Positions 1 through 9,402 of a stretch of 64,000 bases of DNA are shown in pieces. The position numbers and the translations under genes were made by a program. The notes under the pieces were generated by a model, which was not told the origin of the DNA, searched no databases, and saw nothing but the letters and a program-made list of their open reading frames with translations. Source of the DNA: a virus (taxonomy: Duplodnaviria; Heunggongvirae; Uroviricota; Caudoviricetes); IMG/VR virus record IMGVR_UViG_3300047160_005224, positions 32,403-96,402 of that record. The stretch is one strand, 5' to 3'. The stretch's first letter is position 1. Each line of letters opens with the position of its first letter.

Positions 1-284
1 TCAAGGTTGATTTGAACCAGGTCTTCGTCTTCCGCAAACGCGACCATTTCATTCACGATGTCATCAATAGCCGATTCGATTTCTGGCTGAATTGACATCT
101 CTCGATAACGAGTCACCAGTTCCGATTCAGTTCGGACAGCGCCTTCAAGGTCGAGATATGTGCCTACAACACCGCCTTCTTGGACAACGACTGCGCCGTC
201 ATCTTTAATCGGTGCTGCAAACGATTCTATTTCTTTTTCGGGATTGCGCTTACGAACAATTTCCCAGCCAAACAGGTCTGCCAA
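1..284 (-). CDS. gp20: Portal protein, N-terminal part (runs off window start)
   Basis: Manual translation from TTG at 284 (GGAGA RBS): LADLFGWEIVRK...GTYLDLEGAVRTESELVTRYREMSIQPEIESAIDDIVNE, typical of the T4-like portal N-terminus; follows gp19. Confidence 0.85.
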   Translation of the reverse strand, partial: MADLFGWEIVRKRNPEKEIESFAAPIKDDGAVVVQEGGVVGTYLDLEGAVRTESELVTRYREMSIQPEIESAIDDIVNEMVAFAEDEDLVQINL

Positions 285-303
285 AATACATCTCCAAATG
301 GAA

Positions 304-332
304 GTGGGCTACACATTCCTTATGTAGCCCAC
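304..332 (-). promoter_or_regulatory. 10-bp hairpin between gp19 and gp20 containing a TACATA late-promoter-like hexamer
   Basis: gtgggctaca (304-313) / tgtagcccac (323-332); TACATA at 321-326 on the minus strand. Confidence 0.45.
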
Positions 333-343
333 TCTTTCAACCA

Positions 344-886
344 TTATTGACCGTCGGCGACGCCGTCGATAGTCCAGTAGTCGAGCGCGAATTCAACCGT
401 GAATTCTTCGATCTGATCAGCAGAATCCCAGTTCAGTTCGATCGGGCTCACGTTCAACGGGAAGATGTTCTCGAAGATGTAAGTGCGAAGGACGTTACCG
501 GTCTGACCATACTGGATAACCTGTGCACGCGACTGATATTCAGCAGGTGCAGCGGTTGCGAAGTTACGAATGTTGCCCTGATAAGCGTTGATACGGCTTG
601 ACCAGCTCTCAAGGGCACCACGAATCAAGAAGTCTTCGTCGTTGATGACGGTGACTGTCCAGTTTTCGTACTGGCGAGAAGTGCCAGCAACCTTGGTGCG
701 GCGACCGAAGTAAGGAACTTCGATCGAAGGCAAGGAAGATCCAGGCAGAGACGCAGCACGGCACAGGAATGGAACCTTGATATCGGCAACCGCTGTTGCA
801 GGATTCGTGAAAGTCACCTGGAACAGCGATGGACGAGCACCACCAAACTGGAGCTGGCTCTTGATGTCTTGTACGTTAAAAGCCAT
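344..886 (-). CDS. gp19: Tail tube protein
   Basis: ARPSLFQV, IEVPYFGR..KVAG, WTVTVINDEDF, IFPLNVSPIELNWD, IEEFTVEFALDYW motifs; synteny. Confidence 0.95.
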   Translation of the reverse strand: MAFNVQDIKSQLQFGGARPSLFQVTFTNPATAVADIKVPFLCRAASLPGSSLPSIEVPYFGRRTKVAGTSRQYENWTVTVINDEDFLIRGALESWSSRINAYQGNIRNFATAAPAEYQSRAQVIQYGQTGNVLRTYIFENIFPLNVSPIELNWDSADQIEEFTVEFALDYWTIDGVADGQ

Positions 887-898
887 TGTTATCTCCTA

Positions 899-2917
899 TT
901 AGAATTGGCCAACAACTTCAGAGAAGTCAACGCCAGTAGCAACAGCCACGAAGTTGAGACGGATGAAGTTGATAGACTTTTCTGGTTTGACGTAGATATC
1001 GCCGACAAAGCTGTTAGAGTCAACAACCTGCGGAGTGTTGTTCGTACCGTCGCAAACAACCTTGAAGTCGTAGATACCACGACGACCCTGAATGTCACGC
1101 AGGAACGGTTCGACCATGTTCTTGAACTGAGCTTGGGTGAAGCTGTCGTTGAATTCGAAGATGGTGAACTTAGCAGCGGTGGAGATCGACTTTTCGAGGA
1201 CGATGAACAAGCGGCGAACGTTGATACGATCGAATGCAGAACTCTTACGCTGCAGCGTCTTGTCACCGTACAGAACCACGCCATTTCCTGGGAAGGAAAC
1301 AACAGGGTTGACACCTGCGGAGTACAGATCATCACGCTCAGCTTCGCCTGGGTTCCAAGCAAGCTTTACAACGTTCTTGATCTGTCCACGATTCAAACCA
1401 GCAGGAGACCACCATGGATCACGAGTTTGATCGGTGTAAGCACAGAGACCAGCGATGTCGCCGTTCAGAGGAACCCAACGGTACTTATCATTGTACTTGT
1501 CGTACATGTACTTGTAACCGGAGTCCATGAAGGCATAAGAAGTAGAAGGAAGCAGGTTGCGGAATGCAATCGTTGCGTCATCTTCTGCGCCCTTGTTCTG
1601 TACAACAGCAGCCTGGTTCGGGCTGATGAATACAACGCAATCCTTGCGCTTCTCAGTGATATTGTCGATGATGTAGTTCGGAACTTGTTCACCCGAAGTA
1701 CCACCATGAGCCTTGCCTGCCATAATCAACGAAACGTCGATTGCTTCGGAGTCACCATACACGTCATACGCGTTGGTAACGGAAGAAACAGCGATGATCG
1801 ATTCAGAAGCAGAGTCAGTACCCGCTGCCATCTGAATAGACAGCGGCGAAATGTTGGTCGAGGAAACGATATTGACTGTCGTGTTGGAAACTGCACCAGC
1901 ACGGTCACCACCCCACCACAGATACTGAGAGGACTTGTTGATGACGTTCTTGTAGTACAGAGATCCACCCTGTTCAGCCTGGGCGTCGGTACCACGCGAA
2001 AGCGCTTCCCAAACTTCCAGAACAGAACCACGAGTACCAGTGAACACGCCCAGCTGGTCGACAACTACAACGTGCAGTTCGTCGCCGGAAGCACCAACGG
2101 TGTTAGCGTAGGTGGATGTTCCAGGAGCTGCGTCGACGAGGTTGTAGAATTCCCACTGACGGTTGACGGTTGTTTGAGCAACGTTCGCGTTCGTAGCGAT
2201 ACGAGAAGCGAGCGTCAGAGTCGCAGTGACAACACCGTTAGAAATGAAGACCGGCGAGGACTTAGACAGAACCTTGACCGACTGCACGCCAACGCTGTTG
2301 TTACCGATCGTCAGGATGTCACCGACAGCAATATTCGCGAGGATCGCGGTTGCATCGGCACCTGCATCAGTGTTAGAACCGCCAGAGTTCGTGATCTTTA
2401 GTGTGCCAGAATACTGACCAACAGCAAAGTCGAATTCGACCGTGTTGTTAGCATTCTGAGGAGCACCGATTGTAGAACGGTATGCAGATGCGCTATCGCA
2501 AATGGATACACGCAGGCTGTTGCCTGCTGCGCCTGGATACTTGGCCCAGTACAGAGCATTTACAGGAAGCGAAGCAGAGAGCTGATCGTAATCATCCTGG
2601 TTGCGAATCTGTTGAGCACCGACGACACCAGTGTTAGCAACTGCGTTGAAGGTGTTCGCATCGACTGCACGAGAGATGTACAGTTGATTCGAATATGCGA
2701 GATAGCTAGCGGCAACCAACCATGTTTCAAAGTTAGCGTCGCTTGGGGTGAGGAATCGATTTCGCAGGTCGATTTCGGATGTGACCTGGACAGCTTGGTC
2801 AGCTGGACCCCAAAGGAACACGCCAGCGATGGCTGCCTTTGTGGTCGAGACTGCTGGAACGACCGTTGTGAGGTCGATTTCCTGCCAATCAACGCCCGGT
2901 GAAACTTGGAATGTCAT
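899..2917 (-). CDS. gp18: Tail sheath protein
   Basis: SPGVDWQEIDLTT, WWSPAGLNRGQIKN, FDRINVRRLF, FEFND..T, SINFIRLNFVA motifs. Confidence 0.97.
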   Translation of the reverse strand: MTFQVSPGVDWQEIDLTTVVPAVSTTKAAIAGVFLWGPADQAVQVTSEIDLRNRFLTPSDANFETWLVAASYLAYSNQLYISRAVDANTFNAVANTGVVGAQQIRNQDDYDQLSASLPVNALYWAKYPGAAGNSLRVSICDSASAYRSTIGAPQNANNTVEFDFAVGQYSGTLKITNSGGSNTDAGADATAILANIAVGDILTIGNNSVGVQSVKVLSKSSPVFISNGVVTATLTLASRIATNANVAQTTVNRQWEFYNLVDAAPGTSTYANTVGASGDELHVVVVDQLGVFTGTRGSVLEVWEALSRGTDAQAEQGGSLYYKNVINKSSQYLWWGGDRAGAVSNTTVNIVSSTNISPLSIQMAAGTDSASESIIAVSSVTNAYDVYGDSEAIDVSLIMAGKAHGGTSGEQVPNYIIDNITEKRKDCVVFISPNQAAVVQNKGAEDDATIAFRNLLPSTSYAFMDSGYKYMYDKYNDKYRWVPLNGDIAGLCAYTDQTRDPWWSPAGLNRGQIKNVVKLAWNPGEAERDDLYSAGVNPVVSFPGNGVVLYGDKTLQRKSSAFDRINVRRLFIVLEKSISTAAKFTIFEFNDSFTQAQFKNMVEPFLRDIQGRRGIYDFKVVCDGTNNTPQVVDSNSFVGDIYVKPEKSINFIRLNFVAVATGVDFSEVVGQF

Positions 2918-2956
2918 TAGTTGATCTCCCGTTGATAGGATACGCGGTTCGACATG

Positions 2957-2964
2957 TATTTATG
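2957..2964 (-). promoter_or_regulatory. Late promoter-like CATAAATA upstream of gp18
   Basis: One mismatch to the T4 late consensus TATAAATA, 40 nt upstream of the start in an intergenic gap. Confidence 0.6.
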
Positions 2965-2975
2965 AAACGATTGAT

Positions 2976-4670
2976 TTAGAAGTCGCTTGACAGGAATGAT
3001 TCAAAGTCGCTGCGATAGGCATCAGGTAGATTAGTGAGGATTTCCTCTACAGTTCTACCATCATCCATGAAGCCGAGTGGAAGCATGTCTTCTTCGATCT
3101 CGTTAGCTTTGATTTCCATCATTCGCGCGCGAACGTTGGTGTCCAACAACTCCTTGAAGTACATCTGTGTGGTTGCCCACGAGAACAACACGAGACACAT
3201 GACGAAGTCATCGTGTTTTCCAGGTTCTGCGTTGTAGGTGTTTCCATCTTCAACGTAGGAATAGAGCTCTTCAACAATGTCTTCCGATTGAATCAGCAAC
3301 TGGCTGCTTTCAATCAGGTGCTTGAGGTTGAAGCATCCCATGCGCTTGACCGGAGGAGTCGTCTTAACACCAGGACGACCGCCTTTTCCGAATCCGCCTC
3401 CAAGCACCCAACCCTTACGACCTGTAGAAGTACAGTACAGAAGATTGTTGACTTCGAGTTCATCGTTCAGAAGCTGCGCTACCTGACCGCCGATGTCGTT
3501 GATTTCAACAAGAATTTGGGCGTCGTTGTATTTCTTTGCTGCTTGAGCAATGAAGTTTGGGAAGATGTGCGGAGCAACAAGATTGTCTCTGTATGTACAG
3601 ACTACCTTGTATGGGAATTTTGCCGTATCGACGATGACAAATGCTGAATAGTCACCGCCACCACCGCGAGCAACGTCGACAGTAATGAAATACTTGCCGT
3701 CATTGGTTGGCTCTTCATATATGTTGATTTTTCCGCTCTTTGAGAGTGGCTTGATCCAGTGAAGATTTTGCAGTGCTTCAGCTGAAATCAGAGTGGATGA
3801 AGAACCAATGAAGTTGGTTTCAAACTCCTGACGGAACTGTTCGGCAGAAGTGTTGTTGATGGTTTCTTGCTTCCACTTTTCATCGCGACCTGGTACTTCT
3901 GACCAGTGCGCTTCAAATGGAATGTATTCATTTTTACCAGGCTCACCAGCTTCTTTTACAGCATCATGCCACAACTTTGCGAATAGATCGAATCCGTTCG
4001 GTGTAGATGTGATGATGACCTTTGTATTTGTACCAGAGGTGATTACTGGATATGTCGATGTGAAGAATTTCGTTTGCAGGTTGCGCTCGATGTGAGCGAA
4101 CTCATCGAGGTAAACCAGGTTGATAGACTTACCACGAATAGCGCTCGAAGAAGTTGCAGAGGCGAGAATCTGAGAACCGTTTTCAAGAACAATACGACGC
4201 TTGTTCCAGATGTGCACGCCTTGCTGCATCCATTTCGGCAGGTTTTCGTATGCCATCTGAACACGTTCAAGAATTTCCTGCGACTGATCGAATTTGTTAG
4301 CAAGAATGGCAACGCGATATTCTTTCTTGAACAACACATGCCATAGAATCAGAGCAGCAGTTGTAGTAGTCTTACCGACCTGTCGTGGCAACTTTGCAAT
4401 GACAAATCGATTGTCCTTCATCTGCGTGATCATCTTTTCCTGGAACTTCCACAACTTGAATGGAACGATACCATGGTCAAGTGAGATGATCTTGACGTAG
4501 TTTTGGACAAAGTAGATGATGTTTTCTTGGCACATCGCAAGCTCGACCTGTTGTTCCATAGTCAACTTGATTTGTATGCCAGCAGGTTTTAGATTGGGAT
4601 TGCCTGAGAACGATTCCCTCGAATCATATTCGAGTTCAAAGACATCGTCTAGGTCTTTCTTCTTAGACAT
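2976..4670 (-). CDS. gp17: Terminase large subunit
   Basis: Walker A-like PRQVGKTT, Walker B YLDEFAH, TSTPNG, RNase H-like nuclease DVARG and HDDFVM. Confidence 0.97.
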   Translation of the reverse strand: MSKKKDLDDVFELEYDSRESFSGNPNLKPAGIQIKLTMEQQVELAMCQENIIYFVQNYVKIISLDHGIVPFKLWKFQEKMITQMKDNRFVIAKLPRQVGKTTTTAALILWHVLFKKEYRVAILANKFDQSQEILERVQMAYENLPKWMQQGVHIWNKRRIVLENGSQILASATSSSAIRGKSINLVYLDEFAHIERNLQTKFFTSTYPVITSGTNTKVIITSTPNGFDLFAKLWHDAVKEAGEPGKNEYIPFEAHWSEVPGRDEKWKQETINNTSAEQFRQEFETNFIGSSSTLISAEALQNLHWIKPLSKSGKINIYEEPTNDGKYFITVDVARGGGGDYSAFVIVDTAKFPYKVVCTYRDNLVAPHIFPNFIAQAAKKYNDAQILVEINDIGGQVAQLLNDELEVNNLLYCTSTGRKGWVLGGGFGKGGRPGVKTTPPVKRMGCFNLKHLIESSQLLIQSEDIVEELYSYVEDGNTYNAEPGKHDDFVMCLVLFSWATTQMYFKELLDTNVRARMMEIKANEIEEDMLPLGFMDDGRTVEEILTNLPDAYRSDFESFLSSDF

Positions 4671-5178
4671 CCTTTACCTCAACAGCAGTTCCTTCAATGA
4701 TTCGTTCGTCAGCCACTTGCCTGCGCTTTTCTTCAAGAAGAGTCAAGAAGTCGGATGTTGTACCAATAAACACATTGTTAGCTTGCAACGTCTGTTGCTT
4801 CACTTCCTCTTCTTTCTTCACAGGGACGACTGGAAGAAGCTGACGACGTTTCTCATGAATATCAAGGAGCTGTTTGTTGGAATCCGTCAATGTCTTAATC
4901 AGAGTTGACAGAATTTCAAACGCGCGCGGTTGTTCAGTGGATGAAGCAATCAACGCGAGCTTATCGAGCGCATCAGTTCCTTTTTCAAGAAGCTGCTTGA
5001 TGTTATCTCTAGCAAGATAGAAATCTTCCTCGCCTTCTTGTTCTTCCTTAGTGAGCTCTTCTACTTGTTCTTCCAACTCAGCCGGAAGGTTCAGAGTTTC
5101 TTCCTTCTGTTCGGATTCGACTGTCAATGGGTTCATTCCCAATGCATCACTAATAGACTTCATCACTTCTTGACTCAT
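4663..5178 (-). CDS. gp16: Terminase small subunit (start taken at MSQEV, ATGA overlap with gp15)
   Basis: DFYLARDNI, PRAFEILSTLIK, NNVFIGTTSDF motifs; directly upstream of gp17. Confidence 0.85.
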   Translation of the reverse strand: MSQEVMKSISDALGMNPLTVESEQKEETLNLPAELEEQVEELTKEEQEGEEDFYLARDNIKQLLEKGTDALDKLALIASSTEQPRAFEILSTLIKTLTDSNKQLLDIHEKRRQLLPVVPVKKEEEVKQQTLQANNVFIGTTSDFLTLLEEKRRQVADERIIEGTAVEVKDV

Positions 5179-5981
5179 TGTTTGTCCGTGATCGTTACGA
5201 TGTAATTGAAGCAACCATCCGGATCGACATCATTCGGTGGAACAGTAATCTGTGAGTTGCTTGTTGGATTACCATTCGCATCTTGTCCAGGAACAACAGT
5301 GATGGTGGAGAATCCAGTGTTGGTTGTAGAATCGTTGAAGTTGACATTCGCAACAGTAATCAGCTTCGTGTTAGAAACTGCGCCGTAGAAGTTGCCCTTG
5401 CATGTGAAATCCAGAGTCCAGATAAGAGCACGGCGCTCCTGGAATTCACCTTCATACGTGTCGTTGGGAAGAACCGCATTAAGGACAAAGGGAACGTCGA
5501 CTGCAAGATCAGGAGCAACATCCAACATCTTCACCGTGACTGTAAAATCGGGCGAGAAGTATGGTAGGATTTGCTCAAGAATCTGACAACCATCATCCCA
5601 TGATCGAACCATGATCGACAATTGGAAATTGATGTCGTATGGGACTGGATTGTACAACGTCAAAACAGCTTTTGGGTTGTTAGGATCAGGAATTTTGATC
5701 TTGCCGGTGCTGTTCAGTTTGCGATCGCCGTCGTAAGACAATCCTTGAATTTGGAAAGACATTCTAGGCAGTACTGTCGCGACTGCCTTTTCAAAATCAG
5801 GATCTTGGCGAAGTCTCATCAGATACTTTTCTGCCGGACCATAAGCGATAGGCACGTTCACGATCTTATCAACTGATCCATTAGCAGAACGCTTTCTGAT
5901 CTGAATGTCATTGAAGATCGTGCCAAATACCACGATGTATCTACGGAGCTGTTCGTTGTAGAATGGACTATTGCCAAGCAT
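5175..5981 (-). CDS. gp15: Tail sheath stabiliser / tail completion protein
   Basis: FGTIFNDI, VPIAYGP.EKYL.R, LPRMSF, QILEQILPYFSP motifs. Confidence 0.92.
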   Translation of the reverse strand: MLGNSPFYNEQLRRYIVVFGTIFNDIQIRKRSANGSVDKIVNVPIAYGPAEKYLMRLRQDPDFEKAVATVLPRMSFQIQGLSYDGDRKLNSTGKIKIPDPNNPKAVLTLYNPVPYDINFQLSIMVRSWDDGCQILEQILPYFSPDFTVTVKMLDVAPDLAVDVPFVLNAVLPNDTYEGEFQERRALIWTLDFTCKGNFYGAVSNTKLITVANVNFNDSTTNTGFSTITVVPGQDANGNPTSNSQITVPPNDVDPDGCFNYIVTITDKQ

Positions 5982-6715
5982 CAGAACTTACCATTTGTCA
6001 ATGGATTTGCATCCGTGTAATCGATGTACTTCTGACCTTCCCAACCAAGGTCGGTGACTTCAGAACCAGGATCATTAGTGTCTGGATCGTCATCACCATA
6101 AGCAATGATGGAACCGTCTTCGCCACCAATAGTTTCTTCATCTTCGGCAATAAGGTTTTCTGGTGAATTGCCATCTCCAGGAACCACGTAGCTCTGGAAG
6201 ATGAGGTCGATTTCTGGATAACCCGTGTTGAATTCTTCGTTGTTGTACGCGAATACTTCGCACGTCAAATCGTATGCCTGTAGAGCACCGAACTGGTACA
6301 TGACTGGCTTGTAATCAACAAAGGTGACTTCAAACAGCTTCTTTGTCATCGGGAAGTAGATAACATCGCCTTCGCGCGGGCGCGTGAACGTAGAATCCTT
6401 GTCGATGACTTCAAATTTGAATTCGCGCTTCGAAAGAGACAAGATGACTTGATCTCGGATTTCTACACCGAATTTGGATAGGAATTGTCCATCACCAGTA
6501 AATCCGTCAACTGTCTTGATGTAGCACGCAATTGGATATGCGGCGACAAACTTAGACAGCTTGTCGTCAACAATAACATTGTCTGGATTCAATTGTTCGC
6601 GTTTGATGTAGTACAGTTCCGCCGAATACATCCGCAGTGCTTCGTGAACAAGGCTTTCAATAAGACCTTGTTCAGCATCAGAATTGTAATTGCGGAAATA
6701 TGGAGAGGAACCCAT
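5981..6715 (-). CDS. gp14: Neck protein
   Basis: EQGLIESLV.EA, SKFGVEIRD, RPREGDVIYFP, YQFG...YDLTCE motifs. Confidence 0.92.
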   Translation of the reverse strand: MGSSPYFRNYNSDAEQGLIESLVHEALRMYSAELYYIKREQLNPDNVIVDDKLSKFVAAYPIACYIKTVDGFTGDGQFLSKFGVEIRDQVILSLSKREFKFEVIDKDSTFTRPREGDVIYFPMTKKLFEVTFVDYKPVMYQFGALQAYDLTCEVFAYNNEEFNTGYPEIDLIFQSYVVPGDGNSPENLIAEDEETIGGEDGSIIAYGDDDPDTNDPGSEVTDLGWEGQKYIDYTDANPLTNGKF

Positions 6716-7455
6716 TAGCCTTCCTCAAACGCAGAAGGCAAGCTGTAAGAATCAAGCATCTCATCTTCCAGCTTCGTGCGTTCATCAGTATAACGTTGTA
6801 GAATGTCTTGTCCGTTGAACTGAACACCGCCAGCAAGCTGCATTCCAGTGAACTTGGTGAGATTGGTTCCCCATTGCTGGCCGATTAGAACTTCAGCATA
6901 GCGAAGAAGCCAACGGTCCTGCCAGATCTTCGGAGTGGTAACAGGATCAATAACGCTGTACGCTTCGATGATGATGTAGTAGCCAGAACCGACCTTTGTC
7001 CAATCCATGTCGATGTAGAAGTTGTTATTCAGGCGGTTGTAACGAACGCGCTGTTTACCGACCAACAACTGCTGCAACAGAGTCACGTGCTGCATGGCCA
7101 TGAAGTATGGTACCATGGACTGAGAAGTCAGCGTGTACAGGTCATTGAGTGCGATCTGATATTGGATGTTGAAGATACCGCCCTGAGTGATACCAGACCC
7201 AATATCAAAGATTCCAATCGCACCAATAATGTTCGATGGAAGCGTGATGTACTTGTTCTGAATATCCTGATCAGTCAGCTGATACTTGAAGTAGAGCTTT
7301 TCAGTTCCATCGAAATGGTAATCAGCGTAATACTTGAGAGCTTCATCGATGCGATCTTCCACTTGGTCATCATCAACGTTGATCTCTACCACCGGCGCAC
7401 CAAGACGACGGAGGCAGTACTGCTTGAATGATTCGCGATCTGTTGGCAATGCCAT
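6715..7455 (-). CDS. gp13: Neck protein / head-tail adaptor
   Basis: YCLRRLGAPVVEINV, QWGTNLTKF.G.QL.GGV motifs. Confidence 0.93.
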   Translation of the reverse strand: MALPTDRESFKQYCLRRLGAPVVEINVDDDQVEDRIDEALKYYADYHFDGTEKLYFKYQLTDQDIQNKYITLPSNIIGAIGIFDIGSGITQGGIFNIQYQIALNDLYTLTSQSMVPYFMAMQHVTLLQQLLVGKQRVRYNRLNNNFYIDMDWTKVGSGYYIIIEAYSVIDPVTTPKIWQDRWLLRYAEVLIGQQWGTNLTKFTGMQLAGGVQFNGQDILQRYTDERTKLEDEMLDSYSLPSAFEEG

Positions 7456-7480
7456 TGGAGTCTCCTAGTAATCCTTGTAT

Positions 7481-8350
7481 TTAGCTAAGAGCAGAACGGA
7501 ATGCCAGGCTGTAATCTTTGGCTTCAGTCGCATTGTTGATGATGCGTTGAATCGTTACAGCTGGAATCAATCCATGACAATTCTCAATATGCGGGAGATA
7601 CAATTCGAGAGGATAGCCATAGAGTTCTTCGATTTTGATCTTAGCTTGCATAACGACGCTCCAATAGTCTGCAACTATGCATTTGGATGCACGCCATGCG
7701 TGATCGATCAGTTGTTTTCCACCAAAAGCAAATTCTACCAGTTCTTCTTGGCTAGAAAATGCATGTGGACTGATTGTTTGAAATTGGTTTCTACCAATAG
7801 CTTCTTTGATGAGAAACATGTCGGGTAGAATGGTTGCTGGAATGTTGTCAGCATTGATGATGAATGATTGAGAATTCTGTTTCTCATACACTGCATAGTT
7901 TGGCTGTTGCAACATCATGTACATGTCGAGCTTACGATTTCCGTCATAGCAACGAATGCTAGACATCAACAACAGTCGTTCCTTCATATCTGGAATGACG
8001 TTATCGCCTGGCATCTTGTTGACGATTGATCCAGCACAAACCTGTAGCCAAATTCCATGAGCATCGATCTCGGAAAGGAATTCAGCAGTCTGTGATACAC
8101 GGCGATGAACGTCGAATGATGCGGTGAAAATCCTAGCTGACTTCTTCACCTTCTTAGTTTCCTTGACTACAAGCTCTCTGTAGTTTTGGAATTCATCACC
8201 ATCCATCTTGCTGTACTTTTCGATTTTGTCATCGGGAATGACGACGATCAGCTCACCGATTTTCTTTTTGAATTGTTCGAGACTCTTAAGTGTCACAAAC
8301 AATCCATGATGTGATGCAATCAACAACACATTGAATTTTTCCTTAGCCAT
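7481..8350 (-). CDS. Hypothetical protein (289 aa)
   Basis: Long ORF co-oriented and translationally coupled with neighbours; no recognised motif. Confidence 0.7.
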   Translation of the reverse strand: MAKEKFNVLLIASHHGLFVTLKSLEQFKKKIGELIVVIPDDKIEKYSKMDGDEFQNYRELVVKETKKVKKSARIFTASFDVHRRVSQTAEFLSEIDAHGIWLQVCAGSIVNKMPGDNVIPDMKERLLLMSSIRCYDGNRKLDMYMMLQQPNYAVYEKQNSQSFIINADNIPATILPDMFLIKEAIGRNQFQTISPHAFSSQEELVEFAFGGKQLIDHAWRASKCIVADYWSVVMQAKIKIEELYGYPLELYLPHIENCHGLIPAVTIQRIINNATEAKDYSLAFRSALS

Positions 8351-9215
8351 GCGGATACTTCCTCATGTGCTCGAAATATTTGGCAATGTCTCTATCAAGA
8401 TCGTCTGAATATGTGGTGATGATTCCTGATTCAGGATGACTGAACAATGCCGTCATCCTATCGATCAGCTTCATCTTCTTTGGACATGCGTCAAGACCTT
8501 TGTACACATGCTCAAAATTAGACCATGTGCGCTTTCCAGAAACGATGCCTACATCCTTTCCAAGAAGAGTAGCGGCGATGCCAGATTCTGAAGTCATGGT
8601 GAAATAGACTTTCTTCGCATGATGCATGATATCGTACAGAGGAGCTTCCGCTGGGATAATGGCTTCTTTCCAACGTCGCGTAAGAATTGTTCTCCAGACC
8701 TTGGATGTGACTGGGTGAAGCTTCACCTTCGCGCCTTCGGAAACAAGCTTGTCGATCTTCAGGAAATCGACCATGTCTTCTTTCACCAACACGTTTGTTC
8801 CAGGCAACACTACTAGATCTGTGCAATAGTATTTGCTGAAATCATCCAACTTGTTGATGGTGTATTTGTCGGTGATTTGTTTACGAAGATTAGCAACGAC
8901 TGCGTGTCCATAGTCATTAGGACCCCAGGAAGCCACCTCAGAGATGTTCTTCCTAGAAATGACGTCATGCTGTGCTGTAAGCATGACACACTTTGTCATA
9001 AAATCAGTGAATTTGTAACCTTTGATTGCATAATCACCGATCGAGAATGAAATGTCATACTCGACTTTGACGCCATTTGCTTTACGAGGAACAGCCGCCG
9101 CAAGCTTCAATTGATCATCATTTGCACCTGAACGGAATGTTTCTCCGGTCTTCATGAAGTGGGTCATCGGATCACCGAGCCACTCATTGGTGCTCATGTA
9201 CTCAAACTTTGCCAT
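8343..9215 (-). CDS. KpsS/KpsC-like (capsule biosynthesis, GT-B fold) putative glycosyltransferase
   Basis: VKLHP and YFTMTSESGIAATLLGKDV resemble the K.HP and T.NS..G.EA...GK.V motifs of that family. Confidence 0.55.
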   Translation of the reverse strand: MAKFEYMSTNEWLGDPMTHFMKTGETFRSGANDDQLKLAAAVPRKANGVKVEYDISFSIGDYAIKGYKFTDFMTKCVMLTAQHDVISRKNISEVASWGPNDYGHAVVANLRKQITDKYTINKLDDFSKYYCTDLVVLPGTNVLVKEDMVDFLKIDKLVSEGAKVKLHPVTSKVWRTILTRRWKEAIIPAEAPLYDIMHHAKKVYFTMTSESGIAATLLGKDVGIVSGKRTWSNFEHVYKGLDACPKKMKLIDRMTALFSHPESGIITTYSDDLDRDIAKYFEHMRKYPHG

Positions 9216-9390
9216 TCAATTTTGCCTTGAGTTCTTTCACTTGCTGCTCAAGGTTACGAATTCGATCATGCTGTTCTTGAAACTTCGCAACCAACACTTC
9301 AACAAACGCTTCTAGCTTTCTATTGACAGCAGTGACAGAAGGAGCATCCGCTTCTCCATTCTGATCAGCCTTAATCTTGATATCAGTCAT
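9202..9390 (-). CDS. Small coiled-coil protein
   Basis: 62 aa with heptad pattern QHDRIRNLEQQVKELKAKL; coupled to neighbours. Confidence 0.65.
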   Translation of the reverse strand: MTDIKIKADQNGEADAPSVTAVNRKLEAFVEVLVAKFQEQHDRIRNLEQQVKELKAKLNGKV

Positions 9391-9402
9391 TGTAACTCCA
9401 CA

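Noticed and set aside
869-2401. Long plus-strand ORFs antisense to structural genes (e.g. 869-2401, 24590-25489, 46140-47303, 47659-48627, 54081-55205)
   Set aside because: They are shadows of well-supported minus-strand genes caused by codon bias; no motifs or RBS
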